Source: Myxococcales bacterium | GTDB taxonomy: Bacteria; Myxococcota_A; UBA9042; JABWCM01; BTVJ01 | Reading direction: 5' to 3' | Length of the DNA: 64,000 bases | Assembly: GCA_045863395.1 (NCBI GenBank) | Contig: BTVJ01000009.1 | Location: 32,001-96,000 of the forward strand | In this document: positions 1-10,192 of the stretch, piece after piece | How positions within the stretch are numbered: the first letter of the stretch is position 1 | Layout: the number at the start of each line of letters is the position of its first letter | Notes under the pieces: model-generated | The model's input: only the letters and a program-made list of their open reading frames with translations | Database searches by the model: none | What the model was told of the DNA's origin: nothing | Translations under genes and position numbers: made by a program

Positions 1-761
1 GGAAACGTGGTGACCCGGTACACCCGCTCGTCCCGCCCGGAGCGGACCTCGGTGACGCCCATCTGCCCCGTCGCCAGCGTCTTCTCCAGCGGGCAGCCGG
101 CGCACCGCTCCGGAGCGTCGAACAGCGCCTCGTGGCAGGTGCGGCCCGTCACGCGGCGGACGTCCTTGCCGGCGGTCGCCGCCCACGCCAGGTTGGTGCG
201 GACGACGCGGCGGCTCGGATCCACGATGGACAGGGGGTCGCTGATCGCGTCGAAGGTCTGCTCCCATGCGCGCTTGGCGCGGATCAGGAGCTCCGTGCGC
301 TCGTTGACCTTCTCTTCGAGGCTCTGGGCCAGCTCCCGCAGCTCGTCGGTGCGCTGGTCGGCGACCTCCATGGCGCGCGCGGACTCGGAGAGCTCGTGGT
401 GGCGGGCGGCGGCGTGGCGGACGGCGTCAACGAGGGGCTGCGAACCGGCGGAGGCGTCGACGATGCGGAGCACCTCGGCCTCGTTGACGAAGCGCAGGAC
501 CACGTCCACGGGCGCGCCATCGGAGACCAGCACCGGCTGCACCAGGGGGCGCCTGCGCCGCACCTCGAGGAGGGTCCCGAGGCCGTCGGCGCTCTGCCCT
601 GCCACGCAGACGGCGACCGCCGGGCTGAGGCCGCCCATGACCACGCCGAGCTGCGACGCGCGCTGGACGACCATGGGCGACAGGCCGGCGGCCCGGAGGG
701 GCTCGTCCAGCGAGCTCGCCGCGCCGAGCAAGAGCACCGTCGTCCTGATCTCGTCCGCCAT
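1..761 (-). CDS. PAS-domain sensor protein with degenerate N-terminal receiver-like domain, probably a histidine kinase (partial, runs off window)
   Basis: My translation from ATG 761 (RBS-like AGGACGGAG): MADEIRTTVLLLG...LEEKVNERTELLIRAKRAWEQTFDAISDPLSIVDPSRRVVRTN...CHEALF...CAGCP, a coiled coil plus PAS typical of deltaproteobacterial kinases. Not in the ORF track because it is open at the edge. Confidence 0.75.
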   Translation of the reverse strand, partial: MADEIRTTVLLLGAASSLDEPLRAAGLSPMVVQRASQLGVVMGGLSPAVAVCVAGQSADGLGTLLEVRRRRPLVQPVLVSDGAPVDVVLRFVNEAEVLRIVDASAGSQPLVDAVRHAAARHHELSESARAMEVADQRTDELRELAQSLEEKVNERTELLIRAKRAWEQTFDAISDPLSIVDPSRRVVRTNLAWAATAGKDVRRVTGRTCHEALFDAPERCAGCPLEKTLATGQMGVTEVRSGRDERVYRVTTF

Positions 762-864
762 CTCCGTCCTCCGCGCCCAGAACCATGGGACGGAGCACAG
801 ATCGGCGTTTGCCTGGCGGACCTTTAGGGCTGATTACCCAGGTGGGTAGAAAGTGACCCGGGGG

Positions 865-1320
865 TCAGGACGCGAGGAGCGGCTCCAAGACCGCCCAGAG
901 CGCCTCAGGCGTCCGGGCCTCCATGGCGGTGGCGAGAAACGTATCGTCGGTGCAGCGACGGGCGATGGCGGAGAGCGCGCGCAAGTGGGAACCCGGGCGG
1001 TCGCCAGGCCCGAGCAGCATGAAGACGAGCCACACCTTCGGGTCGTCCGGATCGCCATAGGTGAGGGGATCGGCCAGCGTCGCGACGCAGAGCAGCTCCC
1101 GCTGCAGGCCGGGGACCAGGGCGTGGGGGAACGCGACGCCGCGGCCCACCACGGTCGGAGACTGCGCCTCGCGCTGCTGGAGCCGGTAGTACGCCGTGTG
1201 CGGATCCAGCCCCGGCACCTCGGCCGCCAGGGAGTCCACCATCTTCTGGAGCAGCTCGTCCTTGGAGTCCACCTGGACGCGGGCGAGGATCTGGGAGCGG
1301 GAGACGGTCAGGTCGTTCAT
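865..1320 (-). CDS. ptsN: PTS EIIA domain protein (Ntr/Fru type)
   Basis: RE...PTVVGRGVAFPHA phospho-His motif; HLRALSAIAR C-terminal motif; 151 aa. Confidence 0.85.
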   Translation of the reverse strand: MNDLTVSRSQILARVQVDSKDELLQKMVDSLAAEVPGLDPHTAYYRLQQREAQSPTVVGRGVAFPHALVPGLQRELLCVATLADPLTYGDPDDPKVWLVFMLLGPGDRPGSHLRALSAIARRCTDDTFLATAMEARTPEALWAVLEPLLAS

Positions 1321-1359
1321 CGGATCCCCTCTGAATCGCCGGGGCCGCCCTGCGGCGCC

Positions 1360-2901
1360 CTACAGCGGGAAGCACACCTTCTGGGGCACGCCCGTCACCA
1401 CGGGCTTGGCCGCGCAATCGAAGCCGTCCGGGCAGTCCGTCTTGGCCTTGCACCGGCGCAGGCACTGCTCGAAGGCCCCTGCGCTGCCGCAGATCGTGGT
1501 CCACGGGCAGTAGTCCTTGGCGCCGCACCCGGTCGTGCAGTAACCGGCCGAGGCCTTGCCCTGGTAGCACATCAGATCGGTGGCGCAGCCCGGCCCCCCC
1601 GGCGCCGTATCACAGTGGGCCCCTACCTGCCCCGGGGGCTGAGAGAAGCACGCGTAGGTGTCCTCGGAGGGCGCAGGGCCCAGCGGGTCACCGATGACGC
1701 ACACCTCGCCGAGGTTCTCGTCGCAGGTGAAGACGTCTGCGAGGCTCTTGCATGTGAGCGAACACTCGCCCGCCGTGGCGCTGGTCGGGATGCACGTCGC
1801 GCCCTCGGGGCACGGCACGTCGAGGGAGCACGCCTGGCCGCAGGAGCCGACCAGGTACTCGCCCTTGATGTCACAGGTCCCACCGGTCGCGCCGCAGTCC
1901 TTGTCGCTGGAGCAGAGCTGCTCGCCGGGCGCGCACCGCCCGGTCGCGTGGATGGTGCAGTGCTTCGACGAGCACTCCAGGTCCGTGGTGCAGAACTCGC
2001 CGATGTCCTTGCCGGCCTCGCCGGTCATGCACACGGTCACGGGCTGTCCCTGGATGTCCGTCTCCTCCATGCAGCTCTGGATCTTCGCAGCGGAGCCGGG
2101 GCACGGGTGCGCACCGTCGCAGTCCGCGAGGCAGGCGTTGATCTGGCCCAAGGAAACACACTTCGTCTTGGACGGGCACGGGATGCCCTCGCCGCAGCCC
2201 ACGACGGCGCAGTAGCCCTTCGGCAGGAAGGTGAGGCACGTCGCCTGGCCCGCGCAGTCCTTGGCCTGCGAGCAGATCGCGGCCGGGCCGCCCGCCCCTG
2301 GCGCCGTCGAAAAACACACCTGCGAGAAGGTCCCGTCCTGGCGGATGAGCCGCTTGCAGTCGTACCCAGCCCGGCAGTCCGACTGGGTGGCGCAGGTCTT
2401 GAGGCAGCCGGTGATGCCCTCGTCGACGGGGTGGCACTCGGAGCCGCCGGGGCAGCCCCCGCCCCCCTGGAGGCACTCGAGGACCGTGCAGTAGCCGCCG
2501 GGCCAGTCGAGACAGACCCCGTCGGTGTCCTTGCAGTCCGCCTCCAGCTTGCAGGCGGATCCGACCTTGCCATCGGAGGGCGTGACGCTTCCGCCGTCGG
2601 GCTTGCCCCCAGCGTCAGTCGAGGTCGCGGCGTCGCCGGTCACCTGCCCGTCCGGGCCCTCGGCGGCATCCGGGCCACCGGCCCCGTCCGGGACATCCGG
2701 GCCCACGACCACGTCGCCGCCCGGTGTGCCATCGTCGCCCGGGAGCGCGTCCTGCCCGCCGCCCGCGTCGTCGCCCACCTTGTCGGGGCCGGCGCTGTAT
2801 CCATACAGGGGCTTGCTGCGCCGGGACGCCTCGTCCCCCTCGCACGCGGCGAGCACGGCGAGTGTGGTGAGGGTCACGGCGATGGCTGCGCCAGTTCGCA
2901 T
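1360..2901 (-). CDS. Cys-rich repeat lipoprotein
   Basis: Signal peptide MRTGAAIAVTLTTLAVLAAC (lipobox), Asp/Gly linker, repeated GxxC...DC...C...GYC...C...CP modules. Confidence 0.8.
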   Translation of the reverse strand: MRTGAAIAVTLTTLAVLAACEGDEASRRSKPLYGYSAGPDKVGDDAGGGQDALPGDDGTPGGDVVVGPDVPDGAGGPDAAEGPDGQVTGDAATSTDAGGKPDGGSVTPSDGKVGSACKLEADCKDTDGVCLDWPGGYCTVLECLQGGGGCPGGSECHPVDEGITGCLKTCATQSDCRAGYDCKRLIRQDGTFSQVCFSTAPGAGGPAAICSQAKDCAGQATCLTFLPKGYCAVVGCGEGIPCPSKTKCVSLGQINACLADCDGAHPCPGSAAKIQSCMEETDIQGQPVTVCMTGEAGKDIGEFCTTDLECSSKHCTIHATGRCAPGEQLCSSDKDCGATGGTCDIKGEYLVGSCGQACSLDVPCPEGATCIPTSATAGECSLTCKSLADVFTCDENLGEVCVIGDPLGPAPSEDTYACFSQPPGQVGAHCDTAPGGPGCATDLMCYQGKASAGYCTTGCGAKDYCPWTTICGSAGAFEQCLRRCKAKTDCPDGFDCAAKPVVTGVPQKVCFPL

Positions 2902-3055
2902 GGGCGGGAGTATACGTGGGCTGGGCCCTCCCGCAAGTCGGCGGCGTGGGGGTGTGAGGATGGGCGAGCGCAAGGTGCTCGACGTCACGCCCTGCGGCTG
3001 CTGCGCCGTTGCGCCCACCGCGGCCCGTGACCTATGATGGCGCCGCGGTGCAACG

Positions 3056-4765
3056 ATGAGCGACAGGATCTGCCCGGAGTGCCTTCGAGAGACCACGGAG
3101 CCCATGTGCCCGCACGACGGCTGGGGCACGGTCCTCGCTGCCCGCTACCGGAGCAAGTCATCTCTCATCGGCCACGTCTTTGACGGGCGCTTCCGGGTCG
3201 AGGGTCTGATCGGCAGCGGTGGCATGGGCACGGTGTACCGGGCGACCCAGCTCACCGTTGATCGGCCGGTCGCCCTCAAGGTCCTGCGCCAGGAGCTTGC
3301 CGGCAACCTCGAGCAGGTCCGCCGCTTTCAGAACGAGGCGCGGGCCGCTTCGCGGCTGTCCCACCCCAACGCGATCCGCCTCTTCGACTTCGGTCAGACC
3401 GACACAGGTGAGCTCTTCCTCGTGATGGAGCTGCTGGAAGGGGAGCCCCTCTCCACGCTCCTGCGACGCGAGGCGCCCATCCCGGCGGGCCGCGCGGTGA
3501 GGATCACCGCGCAGGTGCTCAAGGCGCTGGCGGAGGCGCACGACCACGGGATCGTCCACCGTGACCTGAAGCCGGACAACATCTTCCTGACGCGCGTGCG
3601 GGGCGAGGAGGACTTCGTCAAGGTCCTCGACTTCGGCATCGCCAAGGTGGCCCACGGGGACGCCGGTGGCGATCTCGAGACCTTGACCCGCACCGGCATG
3701 GTCATGGGGACGCCGACCTACATGGCACCCGAGCAGGCTGCCGGCCGCGGAGTCGATGCGCGGAGCGACCTCTACGCCATGGGGGTCATCCTGTTCGAGC
3801 TTCTGAGCGGCCGCCCGCCGTTCCGAGACTCGACGCCCCTCGGCGTGCTGCTTCACCATCTGAAGACGCCGGCGCCGCGGCTGTCCGACTTGAACCCGCG
3901 CACGGACCGCCGGCTGTGTGCGGTGGTCTCCGCCTGCCTCGAGAAGGATCCGGAGCGCCGACCCGCTTCGGCGGACGCGCTCCGCAGGTCGCTGGAGGAC
4001 CTGGACTCGTCGCCCGGTGCCGAGGCCGCCCCGACCCGCGTGATCCCCGTGAGCCCTCCGAGCGGGGGAAGGCCCGTTCCGGCGCGATCCGCTCGCCCGG
4101 CCCACTCGTCGGCCGTCGGGCATACCGCGGCCCCGTCGTGGGCGACACCTACCGCACGACACGCGGATGGAGGGGCGCCCACCCCGTCGACCATCGGGCT
4201 GCATCCAGGAAGCGTCGTCGTGGGCCCCAGCGCCAATGCCCCCACGCGGCTGGTCGAGCGGACGCCAGACGCCCCGACCGACGCCACGGTACCCGGCGCG
4301 GATGAGACCGGACCGCGCATCGCCCAACGCCCCCGCCGCTGGCCATGGATGGCTGCGACGGGCGTCGGCCTTGGGCTCGCGGTCGCGGTCACCCTCAGCC
4401 TGGCCCCCTCGCAGAGCGCCACAGTGCCAGAAGAAGCTCCCCGCCAGGCAGCACCGCCCCCCCGCTCCGAGCGAGACGAGCGAGCACCGGAGCCCGAGAG
4501 CTCCCCACCGGCCCTGACCAAGGTGGTCGCCGCGACGACGGCGGTCGCGCCCCCCGTGTCCCACGCGTCGACACGAGCAGGCGCCTCTGCCACGCCGCCA
4601 CCCGCCCGCCGGGGCCCCGACCTCGCAGAGGTAGACGGTTCCCTCCGACGCGCTCCGGTGGAACCGTCGGAGGGCACCCGGTCGGGCGTCGGGCCGAAGC
4701 CGCGCCGCAAGGCGAAGGCGACCCCGGCGCCCTCGCCACCTGTCATTCGAATCAAGAAGATGTGA
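3056..4765 (+). CDS. Eukaryotic-like Ser/Thr protein kinase with N-terminal Zn-ribbon-like motif and C-terminal TM segment
   Basis: IGSGGMGTVY, VALK, HRDLKPDN, DFGIAK, GTPTYMAPEQ motifs; CPEC...CPHD N-terminus; hydrophobic segment WMAATGVGLGLAVAVTLSL. Confidence 0.95.
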   Translation: MSDRICPECLRETTEPMCPHDGWGTVLAARYRSKSSLIGHVFDGRFRVEGLIGSGGMGTVYRATQLTVDRPVALKVLRQELAGNLEQVRRFQNEARAASRLSHPNAIRLFDFGQTDTGELFLVMELLEGEPLSTLLRREAPIPAGRAVRITAQVLKALAEAHDHGIVHRDLKPDNIFLTRVRGEEDFVKVLDFGIAKVAHGDAGGDLETLTRTGMVMGTPTYMAPEQAAGRGVDARSDLYAMGVILFELLSGRPPFRDSTPLGVLLHHLKTPAPRLSDLNPRTDRRLCAVVSACLEKDPERRPASADALRRSLEDLDSSPGAEAAPTRVIPVSPPSGGRPVPARSARPAHSSAVGHTAAPSWATPTARHADGGAPTPSTIGLHPGSVVVGPSANAPTRLVERTPDAPTDATVPGADETGPRIAQRPRRWPWMAATGVGLGLAVAVTLSLAPSQSATVPEEAPRQAAPPPRSERDERAPEPESSPPALTKVVAATTAVAPPVSHASTRAGASATPPPARRGPDLAEVDGSLRRAPVEPSEGTRSGVGPKPRRKAKATPAPSPPVIRIKKM

Positions 4766-4768
4766 GAG

Positions 4769-5872
4769 ATGACGTACCCGCACCGGTGGCCACCGCCTCG
4801 CTGGGCCCTGTCCCTGCTTCTGGTGCTGGTGGCCGATACCCTGGCGTCCCCCCCTGCCTTGACCCCCGAGCGCGCCGCAGCCCTCCAGGAGCATGTTGAC
4901 GCGGGTGGGCTGGCGTTCGAAGCCCGTCGCTACGAAGAGGCCCTCGCCCGGTATGCGACCGCCCTGGAGATTGCCCCGGTGCCCGACCTCCTGTGGAACA
5001 TCGCCCGCTGTCACGAAGAGCTCGGCCATCTGGACGAGGCGGTGGCCACCTTCGAGCAGTACCGGGCACAGGATGTGTCGCCCGCCGACCGGACCGCAGC
5101 GACGGAGAAGCTGGCGCTGCTCTCCCACCGCATGGCAGAGCGCGACAAGGGGACTCTCGTTCTGCGGACGGGACGCGCCGACGCCCAGGTCACCGTGAAC
5201 GGGAGGCCGATGGGGCGCGGGACCGAGGTGGAGGCTCGGCTGGATCCGGGCACACACGGCGTGCGCGTCGAGGCGCCGGGGCTGGCCCCGTGGGAGGCTC
5301 AGATCGCGCTGGGCAAGGGCGAGCGCGTCGAGCGACAGGTGGAGCTCCGGCCATCACCACCGGAGCCTCCAGTCGCGGGGTCGGTGGTCGTCGTGTGTGA
5401 GGCCCCAGGCGCCGTTGTGGACCTGCCGGACGGGGGCGTGGCGAGGCCTGGGCTGCCCATCGAGCTCCCGGCGGGTGAGGTCGATCTGGTCGTGCGTGCC
5501 CCGGGGTACGCCTCGGTTCGCCTGAAGGCCACGGTGGTGGCGGGTCGCCGCGAGGCCCTCCGCGTGGAGCTCGCGGCGGTGGCCCAGCCTCCACCGGAGG
5601 CTCCAGCGGCGGGCCTTTGGCGCTGGGTCACCCTCGGGACGGGGTTGGCCGCCGTCGCCGCTGCCGGAGTGCTCCACGGGCTTGCCGCATCGGACTACGA
5701 GCGGGTCTCCGGCGCAGCCACGGTGGACGGCATCACCGTGGGGATCACCCAGGCGGAGGCTGCTGCGGCTCAAGACGCCGGCGACACCAAGCTGATCGCC
5801 GCGCAGAGCCTGTATGGAGCGGGTGGCGCGGTGCTGGCGACCTCGGTCGTGCTGTTCATCCTCGGCGAGTGA
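4769..5872 (+). CDS. TPR + PEGA domain membrane protein
   Basis: Signal peptide, TPR (LLWNIARCHEELG..EAVATFEQY), PEGA-like GTLVL..ADAQVTVNG..LDPGTHGVRVEAPG, C-terminal hydrophobic helices; follows the kinase by 3 nt. Confidence 0.85.
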   Translation: MTYPHRWPPPRWALSLLLVLVADTLASPPALTPERAAALQEHVDAGGLAFEARRYEEALARYATALEIAPVPDLLWNIARCHEELGHLDEAVATFEQYRAQDVSPADRTAATEKLALLSHRMAERDKGTLVLRTGRADAQVTVNGRPMGRGTEVEARLDPGTHGVRVEAPGLAPWEAQIALGKGERVERQVELRPSPPEPPVAGSVVVVCEAPGAVVDLPDGGVARPGLPIELPAGEVDLVVRAPGYASVRLKATVVAGRREALRVELAAVAQPPPEAPAAGLWRWVTLGTGLAAVAAAGVLHGLAASDYERVSGAATVDGITVGITQAEAAAAQDAGDTKLIAAQSLYGAGGAVLATSVVLFILGE

Positions 5873-5888
5873 TCGACGGTCGCGGTGG

Positions 5889-7136
5889 CTACCCGCGGGT
5901 CCGGACCAGGCGAAAGCCGATGTCGACGTCGCGGGTGTCTGGCGCCTCCGGCCCGCGGTTCGCTGAGCGAGCGGCGCCGGCAGAGTGCTTCCATGAGCCG
6001 CCCCGGACACACCGCATCGAGCCCACCGAGGCTCCCAGCGGGTCGACCTCAGTCGCCACGTGCGGGTAGCTCCCGTAGAGGTCCCAGACCCACTCGTAGA
6101 CGTTCCCGTGAGTGTCGTAGAGACCCCACGCGTTGGGCAGCTTCACGCCGCAGGGGTGAGCGGCCCCCTTGGCGTTCGTGCAGTACCAGCCGTAGGGCGC
6201 CAGGTTGGCCTCCCCGGTGCTGCACGAGCCGCAGGAGGGGGCCACGGCGCCCCCGCCTGGATACTCATCCTCCACGCCGGCCCTCGCCACGTACTCCCAC
6301 TCCGCTTCCGTCGGGAGCCGGAACCCCGAGCAGTCGAGCCCATAGAATCCTGCGGCCTGGCAGGTGAAGTCGACCCCTACGGTCCCCTCGCACCCCACGA
6401 GGGAGTAGCAGGCCTGGAGGCCGGCCGACGCCGACTCCGCGTTGGCGTATGCGAGGGCGTCCCAGAAGCTCACGCCGATCACGGGGCACTCCAGGCAGTC
6501 ATTGGTCTCGGTCGCCGGCAACGGATAGGCCTTGGACCACGCAGCCCGTGACACCTCGGTCTCAGCGACCCACAGCGACCGCTTCAGGGTCACGGTGCGA
6601 ACGGTCTCGTCGGTGTGTCGGCAGGGCTCGTCCTCCGGGGATCCCATCACGAAGGAGCCCGGGGGCGCATAGCACCACCCCTCGGAGCACTGGGGCAGGG
6701 AGTCCACCAACGCACAGAACCCTCCGTTGCAGCTCTCCGGCGCCAGGCACGCCCCGCAGGCCCCTCCGCAGCCGTCCGGACCGCAGACGCGGCCCGCACA
6801 GTCCGGAGCGCAGTAGCACTGGCCGGTGGACGTACACGAGGCCCCGGACGTACAGGCGCCGCATGAGCCTCCGCAGCCATCTGGACCGCACTCGCGGGCC
6901 TCGCATGACGGCGAGCACGGTGCGATGCCATCAGCGACGATCACGTCGGGAGAGGGCGCCGCCCCCACGGCGAGACACACGTTCATCGCTCCACTGCCGT
7001 GGAGAGCGCAGACGAACCCCGGGAGGCAATCGGTGTGGTCGGCACACGCAAAGGTCCCGGACCGGATCTCCAGGTCCGGTGAACACGACGCCACCAGGAG
7101 GAGAGGTCCTGCCACGGTCCAAGGCTTCGGTCTCAC
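5889..7136 (-). CDS. FGE-sulfatase (SUMF1/EgtB/PvdO)-like domain lipoprotein with Cys-rich repeats
   Basis: GSFVMGS, RLPTEAEWEYVARAG, PNAWGLYDTHGNVYEWVWD, RGGSW, GFRLVR; two CGPDGCGG(S/A)CGAC repeats; probable GTG start 7136 before LLLVASC. Confidence 0.85.
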   Translation of the reverse strand: MRPKPWTVAGPLLLVASCSPDLEIRSGTFACADHTDCLPGFVCALHGSGAMNVCLAVGAAPSPDVIVADGIAPCSPSCEARECGPDGCGGSCGACTSGASCTSTGQCYCAPDCAGRVCGPDGCGGACGACLAPESCNGGFCALVDSLPQCSEGWCYAPPGSFVMGSPEDEPCRHTDETVRTVTLKRSLWVAETEVSRAAWSKAYPLPATETNDCLECPVIGVSFWDALAYANAESASAGLQACYSLVGCEGTVGVDFTCQAAGFYGLDCSGFRLPTEAEWEYVARAGVEDEYPGGGAVAPSCGSCSTGEANLAPYGWYCTNAKGAAHPCGVKLPNAWGLYDTHGNVYEWVWDLYGSYPHVATEVDPLGASVGSMRCVRGGSWKHSAGAARSANRGPEAPDTRDVDIGFRLVRTRG

Positions 7137-7229
7137 GCACACACCCCCGGACGACGGAGAGGGGGCGCCCACGTTACGACATGGCTCACCGCCGGCGCAA
7201 CCCAGGATCCGGTGGCGCCTGCGCTCACC

Positions 7230-7257
7230 TTGACCGCCCGGGAGGCGCCTATACAAT
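7230..7257 (+). promoter_or_regulatory. sigma70-like promoter
   Basis: TTGACC-N16-TACAAT about 50 nt upstream of the 7309 ORF. Confidence 0.5.
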
Positions 7258-7308
7258 GGGACCGTCGAGCGACCCGCGACCGCTCCGGCCTGTGGGGCTG
7301 GGCAGAGG

Positions 7309-8331
7309 ATGGACACCATGAAGATGCGGAACTGCGCAGCGGCTGCGGCCGCGGCGCTCCTGATCGCGGCGGGCTGTGGTGACGACACCAATCCGTCGGG
7401 CGGGTCCGACGCCCAGGGGGACACGGGCGCGACGACGGACGTCGGGGGGATCGGGGGCGATGACGTGGCGGACGCGGCCGGCGACGCCAGCACGGACACG
7501 GGAACCGAAGACACGGGCACGCCGGACGCGGCGACCGACACGGGCTCGGACGTGGGCGCTCCCGACACGGGGCCCACGGACGTCGCAGTGGACACCGGGG
7601 GGCCCGAGGACGTCTCGACGGACACCGGCTCCGACGCGGAGGACGTCCTGCCCCCGCCGGCAGAGGATCAAGCGTTCCGGGTCAACAAGCTGGTGCTCCT
7701 CGCGCCGGAGATGTGCATCGACCTGGACGGCGACGGCACCTGTGACCCGGTCAACATCTTCGTCAACGCGATCATCGACGGGGAGCTGACCGCCGAGGAG
7801 GAGCCCCTGGACGTCATGGGCGTCATCTCGCCCTTCGAGGTGCCGACGTCCACGGCGACCCTGACCCTCGGGGAGGCCGACTGCGTGCGCCCGCCGGGAG
7901 GCGGCGCGCAGGACGTGACCTCCTGCACGTTCCCCGCAGACCCGACGGCAACCGGCGCCGTGTTCGAGCAGGTGCTGACGAAGGACGTGGGCGGGTGCTC
8001 GGCCAACCCGGTGATCCTGGCGCCGTGCTTCGCGACCAGCAACCAGCAGACCCTGTCGCTGACGCTGCTGGAGATCCCGTTCACCTTCCTGCAGGCCAAG
8101 GTCGCGGGCAAGTTCCTGAACCCGGGCAGCTTCAACGGCATCACCGACGGGTACATCCGCGGCTTCATGCCGGTGACCACGGCGGCCGGCGTGCAGGTGG
8201 ACGTGCCGGGCCAGGGCTACGTGAAGCTCTCGGACCTCCTCAAGCAGGCGCCGAAGACCACCGTCGACGACAAGAACGGGTGGGTCTTCGAGTTCTCCTT
8301 CGAGGCGGATCGCATCGACATCGGGGAGTAG
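7309..8331 (+). CDS. Lipoprotein of unknown function
   Basis: AAAALLIAAGC lipobox, D/T/G-rich linker, globular C-terminal domain; GC3-biased codons. Confidence 0.8.
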   Translation: MDTMKMRNCAAAAAAALLIAAGCGDDTNPSGGSDAQGDTGATTDVGGIGGDDVADAAGDASTDTGTEDTGTPDAATDTGSDVGAPDTGPTDVAVDTGGPEDVSTDTGSDAEDVLPPPAEDQAFRVNKLVLLAPEMCIDLDGDGTCDPVNIFVNAIIDGELTAEEEPLDVMGVISPFEVPTSTATLTLGEADCVRPPGGGAQDVTSCTFPADPTATGAVFEQVLTKDVGGCSANPVILAPCFATSNQQTLSLTLLEIPFTFLQAKVAGKFLNPGSFNGITDGYIRGFMPVTTAAGVQVDVPGQGYVKLSDLLKQAPKTTVDDKNGWVFEFSFEADRIDIGE

Positions 8332-8333
8332 GG

Positions 8334-9182
8334 ATGCGCACCGCCCTGGCCGCGGCGCTGCTCGTCGCCGGCTGCGCCTCGTCGAGTGACGACGGCGCGG
8401 TCGCCACGGGTGACACCCAGTCCACTGCCGACACCGCCCTCGAAGCCGACTCAGGCCCTGCCCCGGTGTGCGGCCTCGGCTTCGGCGAGCCCTGCTACGT
8501 AGACGAGCAGTGCGACAGCGGCGTGTGCCTGATCTCCGAGTTCGCCCCCTTCGGCGTGTGCACGGTGGCCTGCAAGGCGGCTCCAGGCCCCTGCGAGACG
8601 TCGCCCGGCACGTATCTGGACGGCGCGTGGTGCGTCCAGTACCCGGAGGACGACTTCCGGTACTTCAACCACCCGGAGCTCGTCCGCTTCTGCATCCCGA
8701 CCTGCAAGGACCTGGACGCCTGCCACGCCATCGACCCCGCCTACGAGGTCTGTGACGACGTGCTCTACAAGGGCAACCCCCTGTTCCCATCCGATCCCAT
8801 GGACGTGTGCCAGGCGCCGAGCGCCACGGGCAAGGTGCCGGTCGATCCGTTCACCTGCGAGGGCTGGGACGCGAAGAACCCGGGGCTGGCCAGCGAGAAG
8901 CTCCTGTGCCGCGACTACTGCGAGTTCCTGGACAAGTGCCAGGTCTACGAGCCCTCCCACAACCTGGAGTGCTGCGCCTGGTACTGCTTCAACAAGCTGA
9001 CGGGGACGGCGCTCAGCAAGTCTGAGCGCGAGAGCTACAAGGACGAGCTGACCAACTACGTGCTGGCGTACAAGAGCGCGCCGGGCACGGCCATCCAGTG
9101 CACCCAACCCATCCAGGACTTCGGCCCGCCCGAGAAGCCCGACGCAAACGCGCCAGCCCCCGTGGCGGGGAAGTGTCGCTGA
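8334..9182 (+). CDS. Cys-rich lipoprotein
   Basis: ATG 8334 MRTALAAALLVAGC; many Cys (CDSGVC, CRDYC, ECCAWYC). Confidence 0.8.
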   Translation: MRTALAAALLVAGCASSSDDGAVATGDTQSTADTALEADSGPAPVCGLGFGEPCYVDEQCDSGVCLISEFAPFGVCTVACKAAPGPCETSPGTYLDGAWCVQYPEDDFRYFNHPELVRFCIPTCKDLDACHAIDPAYEVCDDVLYKGNPLFPSDPMDVCQAPSATGKVPVDPFTCEGWDAKNPGLASEKLLCRDYCEFLDKCQVYEPSHNLECCAWYCFNKLTGTALSKSERESYKDELTNYVLAYKSAPGTAIQCTQPIQDFGPPEKPDANAPAPVAGKCR

Positions 9183-9186
9183 ATCC

Positions 9187-10188
9187 ATGCCCACCCTCAG
9201 GCGCCTCCTCTCGCGGCTCAGAGACCTGCTCCACCGTCTCATCGTGCTGCTGCTTCCCCTCGTCCCCAAGGCCATCGTCGGCCGGGTGGCCTCGCGGTAC
9301 ATCGCCGGCGAGACCCTTGATGACGCGGTCCGCGTCGTGCGCGAGCTGAACCAGCGGGGCTTTGCGGGGACCATCGACGTCCTTGGCGAGGACGTCACGG
9401 CGCCCGAGCAGGCCGACGCCGCCGTCGCCACCTACCTGGAGGTCCTCGACCGCATCCATGCCGAGGGGCTGCGCACCGGCGTCTCCCTGAAGCTCACCCA
9501 GCTCGGGCTGCGCCTCGACCAGGACAGGTGCCTCGGGAACCTGATGCGCATCGTCCACGCGGCGGCGGAGCGGGGCATCTTCGTGCGGGTCGACATGGAA
9601 GACAGCTCGCTCACCGACCGCACCCTGCGCATCGTGGAGGCGGCCCGCCGGGAGTCGCCCAAGGTCGGCGCCGTGCTCCAGGCCTATCTCCACCGGACGC
9701 CGGACGACGCCGAGCGGCTGATCGCGGAGGGCTGCACCATCCGGCTGTGCAAGGGCATCTACAGAGAGCCGCCGGAGATCGCCTGGCAGGACCGGCAGAA
9801 GGTCCGCGACGTGTTCGTGGGCGTGGCGCGCAGGTTCTTGCAGTCCGAGGTCTACATCGGGCTGGCCACCCACGACATCGCGCTCCTGGAGACGCTGCGC
9901 GCCGAGATCCGCACGCAAGGAGTCCCGAACGACCGCTACGAGTTCCAGGCGCTCCTCGGCGTGCCGATCACGGCCACCCTCGACCAGCTCGTCGCGGAGG
10001 GGCACCGGGTCCGGCTCTACGTCCCGTTCGGGAGCCACTGGTACCCCTACAGCGTGCGGCGCCTCAAGGAGAACCCGCAGATGGCGGGCCATGTGCTGTC
10101 CGCACTCTTCCGGCGGGATCGGGGCTTGCTCCGCCCCCACGAACCTGCTACCACCGAACCGGCGAGCGACTCCCCAACCCGATGGTGA
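9187..10188 (+). CDS. Monofunctional proline dehydrogenase
   Basis: RYIAGET, SLKLTQLG, VDMEDS, VLQAYL, RLCKGIY, ATHD, YVPFG..WYPY..RRL.ENP motifs. Confidence 0.93.
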   Translation: MPTLRRLLSRLRDLLHRLIVLLLPLVPKAIVGRVASRYIAGETLDDAVRVVRELNQRGFAGTIDVLGEDVTAPEQADAAVATYLEVLDRIHAEGLRTGVSLKLTQLGLRLDQDRCLGNLMRIVHAAAERGIFVRVDMEDSSLTDRTLRIVEAARRESPKVGAVLQAYLHRTPDDAERLIAEGCTIRLCKGIYREPPEIAWQDRQKVRDVFVGVARRFLQSEVYIGLATHDIALLETLRAEIRTQGVPNDRYEFQALLGVPITATLDQLVAEGHRVRLYVPFGSHWYPYSVRRLKENPQMAGHVLSALFRRDRGLLRPHEPATTEPASDSPTRW

Positions 10189-10192
10189 CGCC

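Noticed and set aside
5889..6020. FGE-sulfatase C-terminus as a DGR variable region
   Set aside because: No second copy (template repeat) or RT gene was seen in this window.
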